A stretch of DNA of 60,233 nt, counting the filler, from Globobulimina sp. (Eukaryota): NCBI GenBank assembly GCA_003354225.1. It is 13 parts of 13 records of this genome, joined end to end, with 100 filler letters (N's around TTAATTAATTAA, not from the genome) between each part and the next. Parts side by side here need not be neighbours in the genome. Positions count along the whole stretch, not along the records: positions 23,218 to 27,759 come from PIVH01001143.1; positions 27,860 to 32,400 come from PIVH01001144.1; positions 32,501 to 37,041 come from PIVH01001145.1; 10 more parts are not named here. One strand, written 5' to 3'. Of the stretch, positions 23,901 to 36,511 are shown one piece after another. The translations under genes and the position numbers were made by a program. Position 1 is the first letter of the stretch, and every line of letters begins with the position of its first letter. A model generated the notes under the pieces. It saw only the letters and a list, made by a program, of their open reading frames with translations, was not told where the DNA came from and did no database searches.

Positions 23901-24789
23901 TTTTTATTTATTTTTGGACGGAAAACAAGCTCATTTCGACAGAGACACCGGAATATATTATTTCAAAAATGTTATAGAAAATAAATTTCTAAACCCTCAA
24001 ATCGAGTGGCGCGCGGCCATGGTTCATTTGATAGTGCCGGGTTTGGAAGTGATCACAAACCAATGTTACATCGATGCTTTGGTTTTATCTCATGACCAAG
24101 AAACGATAGTGGCGCAGGAAAGGTTTACCTTCGATGACGAAACTACAATTTACAGTCCGACACAATTCGCTGTCGCTGTAAATGCAATCTTCAACAGCGA
24201 AAAATTTAAAAGTTTTTTCAATCCAGGAACCAGTTCCATTATAAAATTGGCTTACGACACGGCAAGAGAAAAGTTTTCATTGACCCTGTTATTTAAATCT
24301 GATTTGAAATTCGCTATTCGTTTTTCGGACAAGATGCAAGTAAAATTGGGCATGAAAGAGAATTTCGAACGTTCCGGACACAATTGGTTAAGACCTCAGC
24401 ATCCTAACACAAATGTCACATTCAGAGCCACGGACCCCCAATTGTTAGCCGACGGTGCGCAACTTATGTTTATCCACTTAAACGGTGCCCAAGATGAACC
24501 GGCACCTGGCGATCAAATGGGAGCCAGGGCACCAATTTTGGATGCAGTAAATTTGACAAATTACAGAGTGGCGTCCGACAGCTTAAACATTTACTATGGT
24601 CTGAATGGGTACATAGATTTTCGACCATCGAAGCCAATTTACAAGAGGATTAATTTGAGTCAAGTAAATATACTGCAGTTGAAATTGGCCAACGAGAATT
24701 TTGAACCAATCAGGTTCAGACAAGCGGCTTATCAGTCCATGAAGATAAGACTTCATTTTAAGCCTGGAAAAGCGATCAATTGGATATAG
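23890..24789 (+). CDS. Minor capsid protein (penton)
   Basis: DFYLFL.., EWRAAM, APILDAV, KPIYKRI, IRF..IRLHFK pattern typical of Polinton pentons; gene context. Confidence 0.7.
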   Translation: METDFYLFLDGKQAHFDRDTGIYYFKNVIENKFLNPQIEWRAAMVHLIVPGLEVITNQCYIDALVLSHDQETIVAQERFTFDDETTIYSPTQFAVAVNAIFNSEKFKSFFNPGTSSIIKLAYDTAREKFSLTLLFKSDLKFAIRFSDKMQVKLGMKENFERSGHNWLRPQHPNTNVTFRATDPQLLADGAQLMFIHLNGAQDEPAPGDQMGARAPILDAVNLTNYRVASDSLNIYYGLNGYIDFRPSKPIYKRINLSQVNILQLKLANENFEPIRFRQAAYQSMKIRLHFKPGKAINWI

Positions 24790-24828
24790 TGTAATTTGTT
24801 TCTCCCTTGTTAGTGGTCGCATTTGTAT

Positions 24829-25146
24829 ATGTCGGTTGAAAAAAGAAAGATTTTTCAAGCGGGAGGTTTGACCGAAGCCATAGATTATTTTCCAGACGAA
24901 CTAGTAGACGCAGATTGGGTTCATATAGAGGACACCAAAATAGATTTGGCACCTACGCCCCAAGAAGAACGGTTGATAGATATAAACGCTCAATTGGCGA
25001 GCGAAGAATTGGCCGAAGCCATTCCTAAAAGATTTCCGATTAAACGGAAAAAAGTAGAAAAATCCAAGAGTACTAGAAAAAGGGCAACCAGAGTTAACAC
25101 AAAAACAAAGCGAAAGCAAAAACCAAAAAAGAAAAATGGCAGATAA
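24829..25146 (+). CDS. Small basic putative virion core / DNA-condensing protein
   Basis: K/R-rich C-terminus; FQAGG|L resembles an adenain cleavage site; lies directly upstream of the MCP. Confidence 0.5.
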   Translation: MSVEKRKIFQAGGLTEAIDYFPDELVDADWVHIEDTKIDLAPTPQEERLIDINAQLASEELAEAIPKRFPIKRKKVEKSKSTRKRATRVNTKTKRKQKPKKKNGR

Positions 25147-26734
25147 AGTTCCAGAAAGTTTGGCGTATTACTTTAATGACATCAAAACTGTAGATATTTA
25201 TACACAAGTTAAACGCTACAATCAAAGCGCAGATAATTTTAATGACAGCACTTCCACACAAATCGAATTCAACATTCCGGAAGATAACTTTTCCATGACA
25301 CATCCTACTTTCTTTTTTGGAGCCAAGGTTCAAATAGTAGACAAAGATGGTAAAATATTGCCAGACAAAACAGCTATAGCGCCAATTAATTTCTTAGCTA
25401 CACAATTAGCTTCCGATATAACATTGAAAGTGAGTCGATATTTTTCTAACAAAAATTTTAGTTACAAAATATTTATTTTCTATAGATAGGAAACCAAGTA
25501 ATCGAAGGAGGTTCAGGTAATTTTTGGCTCAGATCTTATGTCGAACAACAATATGTTTGGAGTAAAGAAAGGAAAGAAGGCAGGAACCAAGAGCTCGCAA
25601 TTTATTGTAAGTGCAGAAAAAAATCGCTCAAGCAGTTGTACCATTATTTAATTTTACAGACAAAGATGCTGCCGGATCGTTCGACAATTTTACAATAGAG
25701 ACCGTCGACGACTTTCCGCCGAATCCAGGATTCGTTAAACGGCAATCAATTTTTAATAAAGGAGAAATTGTTCAAATTTTCCAGGAAATACCGTTCAATT
25801 TCAGTAAAGTGGGTCAGGATATTCCTCCAGGTGTTCCCATTACAATTACAATGCAAAGACAAGACCCCAAGGTTGACATAGTTTTTGATTGTATATTTCA
25901 AAATGTAAATGTTATTATTTGTTGCAGGTGTATTTGTGTTTTGATCCAGCGACAGCTAATGTCAACTATGCAAGAATAAAGTTGATCGACCCCAAAATTT
26001 ATTACACTCGTAAAAGATACTTACCAGTTTATATGGATGCCTTAAGACTACATATGGAGTCTGGAAACTATGGTATATTTCCCATGAAAAGAACGGCCGT
26101 TTTGGGACCCAGGCTGATTCCAAGCGGAGTTCCCTATTTCTCTTTTAAACCTATCGAAAATGGGCAAATTCCGATGGCGGCATTTTTGTTCTTCGTTCCC
26201 GAATCGGCCGCTTCTGGCAATTTCAATTCACATCCATTTCACTTTGACAACATGAATGTCAATAATATAACGGTGGATGTAAACGGAGTAGAAATGTCAA
26301 GGTTAGATCCAAAATGGGACCTGACATTGCCATCCCGCTCCAGTTGTCTGGAAATGTTTTTGCAACAGATACAAATTTTAACTGGGCTGGACAACGCTAT
26401 GACTACAAATGACATCGAATACAAGGATTTTGTTCGAGACTATGTGGTTTTTCCTATCAAATTTTGTCAAAATCAAATTAGTCGAGATTTTAAAGAGCCT
26501 TGCGGCGCAGGTGAAGTGCATATTCAGGTCAAATTCAATGCTCCTACAGCAAGATTGTAAGTTTTTCGATGAGCGCAAACAAAAGCTGCATTACATACAT
26601 AGTTTCCTTTCAGGACCAACGCATATTTATGGTGTGTGTTTCAATCGACTGTCTATTTAACGACTGGAGGGGTGACCAGAAGTTCATTCTTGCCTGACTC
26701 TGCGCATGATAGCTATGTTATCGAAAATCCTTGA
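25136..26734 (+). CDS. Double-jelly-roll major capsid protein, 458 aa, 5 exons (25136-25429, 25486-25606, 25660-25871, 25928-26556, 26614-26734)
   Basis: Four GT..AG introns give one continuous ORF with IEFNIP, IAPINFL, YYKDAAG, NPGFVKR, GNFNSHPFHF and GEVHIQVKF motifs. Confidence 0.85.
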
Positions 26735-26737
26735 ATT

Positions 26738-27211
26738 ATGGAAAACGAAATATTGGCCGAAATTTTAATGAAACTCAAAATAACGAAAAATTATTTTCGT
26801 GGTGTTTACAGGAGCTATAATTTAAATAAAGTGGAAATTGATTTATCAAATAAAAATTTTGTTATTGTAAACACAGCAAAGGCAACCGAAACTCGCGGAC
26901 ATTTTATATTATTTTACATATCGCCGAAAGCTAAATTTTACCTTGACAGTTTAAATGAAAGTGTTACAAGCTACTCTGAAAAAATATTCGACTTTTATGA
27001 GAAATTTGGTCCATTTGTGTCGCCACCATTCAGGGTTCAAAGTTTACGGTCAAATGTTTGTTCTTATTACATAATATTCTGGTGCGTGCAATTAGCGGGA
27101 AGCAAGAATTATACAAAGATCGATGCCTTGTATGAAAGCTTTGATGTTCACAAACTCCAGGCGAATGACACCTTAGTTACGAAATATGTTAGAAAATTGT
27201 TGAATGATTGA
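26738..27211 (+). CDS. Adenain-like maturation cysteine protease
   Basis: FRGVY, IVNT....GHF, YLDSL, VQS..SNVCSYY (His-Asp-Gln-Cys set). Confidence 0.85.
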   Translation: MENEILAEILMKLKITKNYFRGVYRSYNLNKVEIDLSNKNFVIVNTAKATETRGHFILFYISPKAKFYLDSLNESVTSYSEKIFDFYEKFGPFVSPPFRVQSLRSNVCSYYIIFWCVQLAGSKNYTKIDALYESFDVHKLQANDTLVTKYVRKLLND

Positions 27212-27759
27212 CACGACCAGATCCGCTGATAAATTCAATTTATTGTTAATTTACATTAGTCTAATAAAAGTATCTATGGAAGAATGTGTGTCGTTCGAAA
27301 ACGCTCTGCTGAGCGCGCCATTCAGTTGTATCATTGTTGGTAGATCAGGGCTGGGAAAAACCCATTTGTTAAAAAACATGTTCCTTAATTGGAATCGTCA
27401 CTTCTCAGAGAATGTAGGGGAAAAAATTGCCAAATTTTCTCTCTATTACAAAAGCTATCAAGATGTTTACGAAGAAATTCTAAGTTCATTACCTAAAAAC
27501 TGCATAATCAACTTAAGCAAAGAACTTCCACCCGATTTGACAGAGCTCACTAGTGGTTTCGACAAAAAATCAGGCAAATATCATGCTATTGTGTTCGATG
27601 ACTGGCAAACACAGATAGAGGAAAATAAATCATTACTAAAAATTTTTCTAAATCTTATCAGAGTGAACTGCAGACATAACAACATCATATTATGTGTAAG
27701 TTTTAATTTTATATGGTAAAGATTGCTGCAAAAAAAACTTTTTCAGCTCCTATTGCAAG
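27204..27759 (+). CDS. A32-like genome-packaging ATPase, 3'-partial, intron 27696-27746 (start 27204 or 27276)
   Basis: Walker A GRSGLGKT, Walker B IVFDD, RHNNI; splicing gives RHNNIILC|LLLQ. Confidence 0.85.
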
Positions 27760-27859
27760 NNNNNNNNNNNNNNNNNNNNNNNNNNNNNNNNNNNNNNNNN
27801 NNNTTAATTAATTAANNNNNNNNNNNNNNNNNNNNNNNNNNNNNNNNNNNNNNNNNNNN

Positions 27860-30800
27860 AATCCCTATGCGTTTCCATGGCACTGTAGGGGGTTGAATTA
27901 CAGTAACAGGCACTTTTGGAGGTGGCGCCGATTTGCTACTGGCTTGACAAGCACCACAATGTTTAACCGCATGTTCAATGTCACGGTCCATTCTTGGCCA
28001 CCAGAAAGTTTCGCGCAACTTTCTTTTCATTCTGACTATGCCAGGATGACCTGTATGACCAATTTGTAACACTTGTTTGCGCAGTGAAATAGGCATAACA
28101 ATGCGATCATTCTCCCGTGTTAGATAACCGTCTTCAACAGATAATGCATCGCGTATTTGGTAGTAAGGCAATAAATCAGCTGTCAGCTTGTGTTTAGCTG
28201 GCCAAGACGTACGCACCATACGCATGACATTTTGTAGTAAAACATCTGTTTTAGAGGCAGCTTTAATATCAGCTAGTGGGAGACCAGTTTCAGTAACACG
28301 TTTTATAACAATTTCGTCGTGAGCATCAACAACCGCAAGCTCTTTAGCCTTTAGTGATAGCCGAGACAAGGCATCGGCTACGGCGTTTTCTGAGCCTTTA
28401 CGGTACTCAGGCACGAAATCAAAAACAGAAAGTCTGTCAGCCCATCGCAAGTATTTGCTAGATTTTCGTTGATCAGCATTAGGGCCAACTAGCAACTTAG
28501 TGAGAGCCGAATGGTCTGTACGCAAAGTAAAAGTTCGGCCAAGTAAATATTTTTCGTAATATTCACAGCCCCATAGTGCACCAAGGAACTCTGTTTCGCC
28601 TACAGAAAGATTTCGTTCGCGTGGTTGCAAAGTATGAGATGCAAACGCAATAGGCACTTCCCGTCCGTTTTGCATTTGACTTAAGACTGCCCCAAGACCC
28701 ACATTTGATGCATCGACCGATAGAATGGATTCACAGTTAGGATCAAACACGAAAATTTTCAGCTTATCTGCTACCATACGTTTAAGTGTAGCGAACGATA
28801 ACTGACAGTGTTTATCCCATGTGAAAGGGACGTTTTTGCGCGTGAGTTTACGCAAGGGTTCAGCAAATGAGGCAAGATCCTCAAGAAAATCAGAGTAATA
28901 GTTGATCATGCCCAAAAAACTAAGAACTTGTTTCTTAGTTCGAGGTTGTGGAGCATCAACAATAGGTTTTACGTTTTTAGGGTCTGGCTTGATGCCTTCC
29001 CCTGAAACAACGTGACCCAAAAAAGTAATTTCCGTGGCGCCGAATATACATTTAGCCAGATTTAATCGAAAATCTTTAGCGGCAAGTTTTTCAAGTACAT
29101 TGCGCAAATTCCGATCATGCTCTTCGCGAGTAGCACCGAAAATCACAATATCGTCAATGTAAGGTAAAGCTCCAGAGCAACCTGCAAGAGTTTGAGCAAT
29201 TAAGCGCTGACAGACGGCTGCGGCGTCCTTTAAGCCCATAGGAAGGCGTTTGTAACAGCGCAAACCCTGATGTGTAAGAGTAGCTGTCAATTGACGGCTG
29301 ACAAGATCAAGCATTATGTGGAAAAATGCTTTCAAAATATCCAATTTGGAGAAAATTTTAGCACCTTTTAGCTCCAAAAACATTTCTTTGATGTTGGGCA
29401 GTGGATACCGATCAGGTATAACAAACTGATTTAGTGGTGATAAATCTGTGGTTACACGGTAGCTACCATCTGGCTTGGGTACCGTAACCATTTGGTGTTG
29501 CCAAAGAGATTTATCGACCGACTCCCAGACATCATTTTCCTCCATTTTAAGCACTTCCTGCTCCACATCATCACGTCGCGCAAGAGGCACCGGACGTAGT
29601 TTTTTAGCAGATGGACGTGCATCACCTGACAGTGTAATATGATGCTCATAGTCTGGAAAGCATCCGATTTTATCAGACAGTAATGTAGGAAAATGTTCCT
29701 TAATGAAGGCTTCATAGTCAAAAGTGTTGCTTTTGACAGCCCGTACTGTAGCGCTGCGGCTGACCAGTTGCAAAGGAACAATGACATTTTTACCAACCAC
29801 AGGTTCGCAGCTGTCGTTTGTGACATAAATGCGAATGTGCAGCATCCGTCCCTGAATGCTAATGTTTGCACTGAAATAACCAAGAACACCTGTGATGGGT
29901 GTGTCATCAAAATTAAGTAGTGGCTCACGCACTGACTTAAGTGGTTTGTCTGAGAAATGTTGGTAGTAAAGAGTCCGCGGGATAGTAGTGGCGTCTGAGC
30001 CAGTATCAAGCTGGGATTCTATACCAACAAAGTCACGCCGACCGAGTATAAACATGATTATAGAAAATTCGGCGGCTGATTTATCAATAGGAGCGGGCAT
30101 AACATGAGTGGCCTTTAGCTTAACAAATCGAACAGATCGTTTAGCTGATTGTTTGCCCTTGTCCCCTTTGGGTGATTTAAGACAACAGCGTGCATAATGA
30201 CCTACTGAACCACAGGAATCGCACGTAACATTGGCAGCAGGACATTCAGCCGATTTATATGCATGCGTTAAAGCACCACATCCCAAACAAGGTTTATGGC
30301 TGTCAGATGGAGCACCAGAGCCTTTCCGAGACTGACCTCCAGCCGCAGAGGAAGAGGAAGACGCACCAGATCGTACACCCGAATTAAAATTAGATTGAAA
30401 TTTAGGTTTGGGTTTATTTGGCAATGTCTTAGAGGCCCCAACTTTAGCGCTATGTCTAAAAGAACTACCCTGAATAACAGACAAATCAGTATTAGCACTC
30501 TCAATAGCATGAATCACTGTAACAAATCCATCTAAATTAAGTTCAGCCTTACGCAACAGTTCCTTTTTCGCTTCGGGATTGTAACATCCGATTGCAAGTT
30601 GAGTAGCCAACTGTTCGTTTTCTTGAGCACCAAACTGACAGTCAACAGATAATGCACGAATTTCTGTAAGATAGTCCTCGACAGTTTCAGACGATGACTG
30701 AGTCCTTGTATGGAAATCGTATCTTGCTCTCACAATACTGATCGCTCGCTGGAAATAGGTTCTGACAGCTGTGGAAAAGTTTGTATAAGTTTCATCTGCA

Positions 30801-31036
30801 ATATGTTCCACAATAGGTTGTGTCGAGAATTGTCGTCCACCTTCCTCGCCAAGTAATTGAAAAAGATAACGGTTTTTTCGTTGATTTGTAAGATGTTGAC
30901 CTTCTGGCAAAGTATCGTCAGTTAGATTAAGCCAATTGTCAAATCGGAAAAACCAGGAACGAAAATTAGGTGGAGATTCACCCGAATTGTCCCAATATGA
31001 TGGAGGTGGTGGGAGATGCAAACGAGCATTAGCCAT
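27860..31036 (-). CDS. Gag-Pol polyprotein, N-terminal part (gag, zinc knuckles, protease, RT, RNase H, integrase HHCC)
   Basis: CDSCGSVGHYARCC, LDTGS, YIDD, VDASNVG, TDHSAL, ADALSR, HTGHPG..CGAC. Confidence 0.95.
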
Positions 31037-31118
31037 TATGATGAAAACAGATAAAGAGACGACAGTAACCACATAAAATGATGATGATAATAGCCAAGTG
31101 GTAATCGAATCAAAGATG

Positions 31119-31126
31119 CGTCGCCA
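31119..31126 (-). promoter_or_regulatory. Primer-binding site TGGCGACG
   Basis: TGG-initiated motif 4 nt after the LTR 3' CA. Confidence 0.75.
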
Positions 31127-31130
31127 ATAA

Positions 31131-31408
31131 TGTGTTCTCGAGTGGCAAGTTTGTTGGGTTTTAATGTTTATTCATCAACAAGTAACAAGCCTAATATAGT
31201 CGACAAAACACAATAGAATCTAGTATAAATCGACCGGCCGCTCCGGACCAAGATCCAACGTAGACTGACTAACCTAGCTCAGCGGCTATCTACATTCAGC
31301 CTCAACATGTGCGCCCCACCAACACCTATATCTATACATAGGAAACGTTACTCATGTAAAAGGCATGCAAATACAATAGTGAACGTTGATGGGGTTGGGG
31401 CCAACACA
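31131..31408 (-). repeat. LTR (278 bp)
   Basis: TGTGTT...AACACA termini; preceded by a polypurine tract and followed by a primer-binding site. Confidence 0.85.
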
Positions 31409-31410
31409 TT

Positions 31411-31425
31411 ACCACCCTTCCCCCC
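31411..31425 (-). promoter_or_regulatory. Polypurine tract GGGGGGAAGGGTGGT
   Basis: Between the pol stop and the LTR 5' TG. Confidence 0.75.
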
Positions 31426-31438
31426 ATGAAAAGTGAAG

Positions 31439-32400
31439 TTATGGAGAGGGTGTGTAACGATCTGGCGGGTGTCCCTTAGTAGGGCGCGCGGAGCGCCGCG
31501 GTGTAGGACCAGGACCGGCCAGCTCAGGTACTGTACTTTCAACCGTAGCCCATTGTTGGTCAGGGTCATGATAACGCTTCATTTTCCGTGCGTTCCACTT
31601 TTGACCATCCGATAACAAATACGACCAATGTCCTAAGACTTGGACAACATTTAGAGGTGCCGAAAATGGAGATTGACCTTTTCGGACTGAAGGCAATTTA
31701 ACTTGAACTTTATCGCCTTTTTTAAAGGGACCACGATTAGTAGGCAAATTTTGTGAAACGACGCCTGGCACCAGCTGTTTTTCAGGAGCGTGTTCTTTCA
31801 CCTCTCCCTTGGTAAGGACTGGTTGAAATGCCAAACGCATTTTTCGACCCAAAAACATCTCGCCTGGACTCGCACCAGTAGGCGTAGCAGCTGTGGCACG
31901 GAAATGTTGCAAAAATTGGCGTATACCAATATCCCAGGGAGTGCGAGCAGCATGAAAAGCTTGCACATGGTGTTTTAAACTTCTGTTAAAAACTTCAACA
32001 ACCGCGTTTTCTTGTGGGTTGTACACGGCTGTGCGTATATGACGTATGTCCCTTGAGTGCAAGAATTCTGTAAATTCATGACTCACAAACTGAGGTCCAT
32101 TATCACTGACAAGTTCATCTGGGTTGCCATATCGAGCAAATATGTCAGACAACCAGGTGATTAGCCGTTCAGAAGTGATACTGCCAGTGAGCAACACTTC
32201 AGGAAATTTTGAGTGGTGATCGACAACCACAACAATGAAACGTTGATGTGTAGGAGCAACATCAAATGGACCTGTAATGTCAATCCCTATGCGTTTCCAT
32301 GGCACTGTAGGGGGTTGAATTACAGTAACAGGCACTTTTGGAGGTGGCGCCGATTTGCTACTGGCTTGACAAGCACCACAATGTTTAACCGCATGTTCAA
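31439..32400 (-). CDS. Gag-Pol C-terminal part (integrase DDE core); joins 27860 in frame to give 1339 aa
   Basis: IGIDITGP, VSDNGPQF, NAVVEVFNRSLK. Confidence 0.95.
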
Positions 32401-32700
32401 NNNNNNNNNNNNNNNNNNNNNNNNNNNNNNNNNNNNNNNNNNNNTTAATTAATTAANNNNNNNNNNNNNNNNNNNNNNNNNNNNNNNNNNNNNNNNNNNN
32501 TATAATTTTTCTCGCTTCGCTCGAAACTCTTGAGTTTCCTAGTATCAATTTTTTTCTAAAAATTTGTTCGACTTAAGGACAGATAATTCAACAATTCCTG
32601 ACTTAAGGACAGATGAGTTCGAAAGGTTACTGCAGCCTTGCGTGTTGAGGACTTGAGGTATTATATTAAAAATTAATAAGTCTTATTAACAGATACATTT

Positions 32701-35345
32701 TTACCATAACTCAGCAATAGATTGGCCACCAGTGGTAAAGGCAACTTCCTCCCGATGAAAACATAAAAAGTCGTTATATATGGATTGTTTATGCATTCTA
32801 TAATTTATGTCATCAAACTCCTGCCAATATTTTTCAATAAATTGATCAATATTCACCTCCTCCTCATCCTTATCATTGTCATTGTTAATTCCCTTAATAT
32901 TATAAACATTGATTTCATTTACTTTATGTTTTAATAAATTATTTGATCCTTTTTCCTCTAAAAACGCACAAACACATTTTATAAATTTATCATTCAACTC
33001 AACATTGCTAATAAACATTCGTTTTAAATTCGGAAATATATCACAAAATAATTGTAATTTAATATAACATATGTTGCTCCAAATCGTTTCTTCATTTGTT
33101 TTGGTATCATCGTCATATTCGTAAACATATTCATCCTCCGCCAATTTTATTTTCCTCTTATTTTTTTTCTCTTTTTTTTCTCGTTTTTCATCATAAAAAA
33201 AAGGTTTTAAAAATTTATATCCTTTTCGACAGAATGTCCCATCCATCACATCGCTGATCATCGCTTCGTGATTTATATCAATTTGAAGCACACTTTCTCG
33301 ATATCGATCGAATACTTTTTGAATATATTCCGGGATGGTCTCATCTAAGAATAATAATTTCAAAACAATATCATTTTGTGACAAGGAATGATACCACAGT
33401 CCGCGCACCATATTTTTTATTATATTTATGGCGGAAATATATTTATGATAATTGAATGACTGCGATGGGAAAATTATTGATTTTATATATAACGGTTTGT
33501 CATTCCCCACGAATATGCATTCCATTTCATTTGCATACTCAGACAACCAGCTACAATCAAAGTATTTGGCTGAATAATAATAAAACGAAGCACCAGAATT
33601 AAAATTAAGTATTAAAGTATTATCATCCACAATATCTAAGTTATTCACATCGGTCACATTATCGTCATTAAATTGTGTATTTAAGTCGACGTCATCCTCC
33701 TTTTGTGTCACAGTGATGGATTCTGATAAATACGGCGAACAAAAATATATCGCAACCGCTAACGACGAAGTACAACTTATCAAGATTGCAAATGTTGTTT
33801 TTCATTTTATTTCGCTATTTATCATTAAAATAAAATGAAAAACATTGCTGCACATTACCTCACTATGCTATTCACATAGACCCCGTTATAGATAAATACC
33901 ATTTGTTGACTGATCGCATGATAATAATTATTTATCTGTGATCGATACGCATTGACGCCTGTAGTGCCATAGCAGTGTGCAATGAATGTTAATATGGCAG
34001 GATGACAAAATAAAGATATTAATCACACACCGAAGACCTCAACCGCTTCCCTCAAATGTTTAGCAATGTGATGGAACACAGAATGTCTTATTTTCAATTC
34101 ACTGTCTGGTTCCTTCTCCCGTTTGAGATACGTCTCAGTCACCGCTCGTTGCAACTTATTAAAATTACAATACACAAACAATGCGAGTAAATGTTGGATT
34201 GTAATGAGTTCTCGTCTGCCAATGCCGTAATAGGGCCTGCCCAGTTTGTCTGTGCACATAATCTTTCTGCAATGAGCAGAACCCAAATAACACTCAGCTT
34301 TTTCCACCAAATCATTAAATTGCCGCAATGTAATCGAAGCAGGTTCATTTAATAACAATTCATCTTTCAAACCATCAAATTTGCTCTGGATATACCAATG
34401 TTCTCCGTCAAAATAGTCCCAGTATGAATACCTATTCCCAATGGTATATTTCCTCTCTTTCTCCCTGGTCTGACCAACATGAAAATGCTGCAAATCAGTC
34501 ACAAATTTATTATTTTCACGTAAGTCAAAGCCATTGATGCCATTTTGCGACTGATAAATGCTTAAATCAGTGATCACTTTCGATTTTTCATAGACAATTC
34601 GTTTGGTATTGCGCACAATGTCATCGTTGTGAGCTTTGTCCGCTTTCTCTTTGAATATCTCAGTGATGTCAGCAGCAGATAGCTCTTCGTGTAACTCGCC
34701 ATAACCGATATAGCCGTCCACTTTGAAATTCTTATTTGCATACTTCAAGTCGTCAGAGACATGCAACATATCTTGTTTTGAGATATCGAAACCCATTTCG
34801 TAAGTATGCAGAAAGTGACAATGGATTTTGTCTAAGATTTGGATTATATTTATTTCTTTGGAAGAGTCAAAACCAAAATATAATTTTCGACGAATGTTTT
34901 TTATTTCTTTGCTGTTATGCCGATCTCTGTAATTCCTCATCATTGCGGAGCAAAATGAGATTTTGCAATTTATTTTTAAATAATTGTAAATGTCTTCGAA
35001 TTGGTCATTGTGAGTGAATATAAGATGATGATAATCGTTTAATAGTTCGATGTTGTTATATTTATCACTGTTTAATTGGTGATTGATGATGGTGTACATG
35101 CCATTATTTATTGTTTTGGGTTCGTTGTCTAACGTCCATTTCATATATTTGGCTAAAATAAATTTTAATCGCAAGTATGTTTTACATTCACTGATTCCTA
35201 TGTTTTTCACTTTGCAGACGTTATAATATTCTTTGTGTGCGAAGATTTTGTCCCCTTCTTCTCTCTCCATATAATCGGGCAAAACTGTCAATCTATCCTC
35301 GACTCTTGTTGTTGCCGGCTCGTACATTCCTGCTGTGTTTCCCAT
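32701..35345 (-). CDS. Large spliced hypothetical protein (ORFs 34023-35345 and 32701-33783 are probably one gene)
   Basis: Two long co-directional ORFs separated by intron-like AT-rich sequence; MGNTAG start; exact splice sites not resolved. Confidence 0.55.
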
Positions 35346-35403
35346 GATGTTGGCTGAAAAACGTTCTACTTAACAAATTTTCAACAATTTTTAAACTATA
35401 ATC

Positions 35404-36460
35404 ATGGCAGCAGAAGGAAGGGATGAATGCTCATTGGGCGATTCAAATGATAAAGAATGCAGCCCACCAAAGTCAATACGAAGAAAAAACAAACAAAAAA
35501 ACAAAAGAAAGATCACAGATTCAAGCGACGACGATGATACTAAACAAGACTATGATTTAAGTAACAATCGAAACAAACCATTACAAAGAAGAAGAAAAAA
35601 ACAGATAAGTGAGATAACACCCAAACAAACAACAAACATTGCAACAAACGCAGTAAACAATAAAAAACGGAATCGCAATGAATTCGAGCATGCGTTTGAA
35701 GATGAAGCAGAACCGTATGATTTCCCAACCATTGATGAAATAGCTGAAAATATCCAACTATACGAGACGGAAATGGTTGAAATGACTGATACCGTTGCAA
35801 TTGGAAAGGAATACAAACAATTGACACAAACACATAATAACAATGCTGTTGGATGTCAAGAACCAGAATGTATGTTGACTCTCCATAGAAATAGCAAACA
35901 TTTAATAAGTAGCAAAACAAACAGGTAATTCAGTGACGATTTGTCCAATGTATTTGAAACATTTTGGTATAAATGTTTGTAGGGAATGTAAATGGAAAGG
36001 AAAATATAAATGTATCACGAAAACAAATGCAAAGAAACAGTACTTATTAAGTGAAGGTGATATTAATTCATTAAAATGTTGGATAAAGAGTATAAACCAA
36101 AATCGTAATATGAATAATAACAGCAATCGATGGGTACCAAAATATTTAAAATTGTATTTAATTTATCAACTGCAACAATTATCAGTGGAGAAATTTGGAT
36201 CGACGGAAGCCATCGAAGCGGAAAGAAAGAAACGGGAAGTTAATAAAATGCAGAGATCGATAAATAATGCACGGAAAAAACGAAAATTGCAAGTCGAATG
36301 TTTGGATGATATTGAGATTGATAAGAAAGTGGTGCAACAGCATGAGGCAAACATACATGTTCATACTTTTGGTGCAGCAGAATGTGTGAATCAGGATACT
36401 GATGAATGGAGCAAGGCGTGCAGTGAATGTGGCTATGTTGAAAGTTGGGAGGAATTTTGA
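35404..36460 (+). CDS. XPA: DNA repair protein XPA, intron 35870-35924
   Basis: Spliced C4 zinc finger (CQEPEC..VCREC), ITKTNAKKQYLL, LKLYL, and C-terminal HVHTFG..CSECG..WEEF. Confidence 0.85.
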
Positions 36461-36511
36461 TTTATTGTGATTTTTGTTGTGTAAGTTTATTTTAATTGTT
36501 GTGAATCAGTA

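Larger units (their letters stand above)
23218..27759 (+). mobile_element. Polinton/Maverick-like endogenous virus, internal fragment (integrase, penton, core protein, MCP, protease, ATPase)
   Basis: Six tightly packed co-directional genes matching the Polinton morphogenesis module plus an rve integrase. Confidence 0.9.
27860..32400 (-). mobile_element. Complete Ty3/Gypsy LTR retrotransposon assembled as a permuted single-LTR circle (4422 bp)
   Basis: Contig ends repeat 119 bp (27860-27978 = 32282-32400); domain order gag-PR-RT-RH-IN. Confidence 0.95.

Noticed and set aside
25136-26660. MCP as a fragmented pseudogene
   Set aside because: All breaks are explained by canonical introns that restore frame and motifs
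27860-27978. 119-bp direct repeats read as LTRs or biological terminal repeats
   Set aside because: They fall inside the integrase coding region and have the same length in two unrelated contigs, consistent with assembler k-mer overlap
23218-32400. Apparent Polinton-Gypsy composite element
   Set aside because: The two lie on separate contigs joined by a spacer
32570-32630. GACTTAAGGACAGAT direct repeat and CAGATGAG..CGAAA as a hammerhead ribozyme or CRISPR repeat
   Set aside because: Only two copies; the core lacks CUGANGA and stem II
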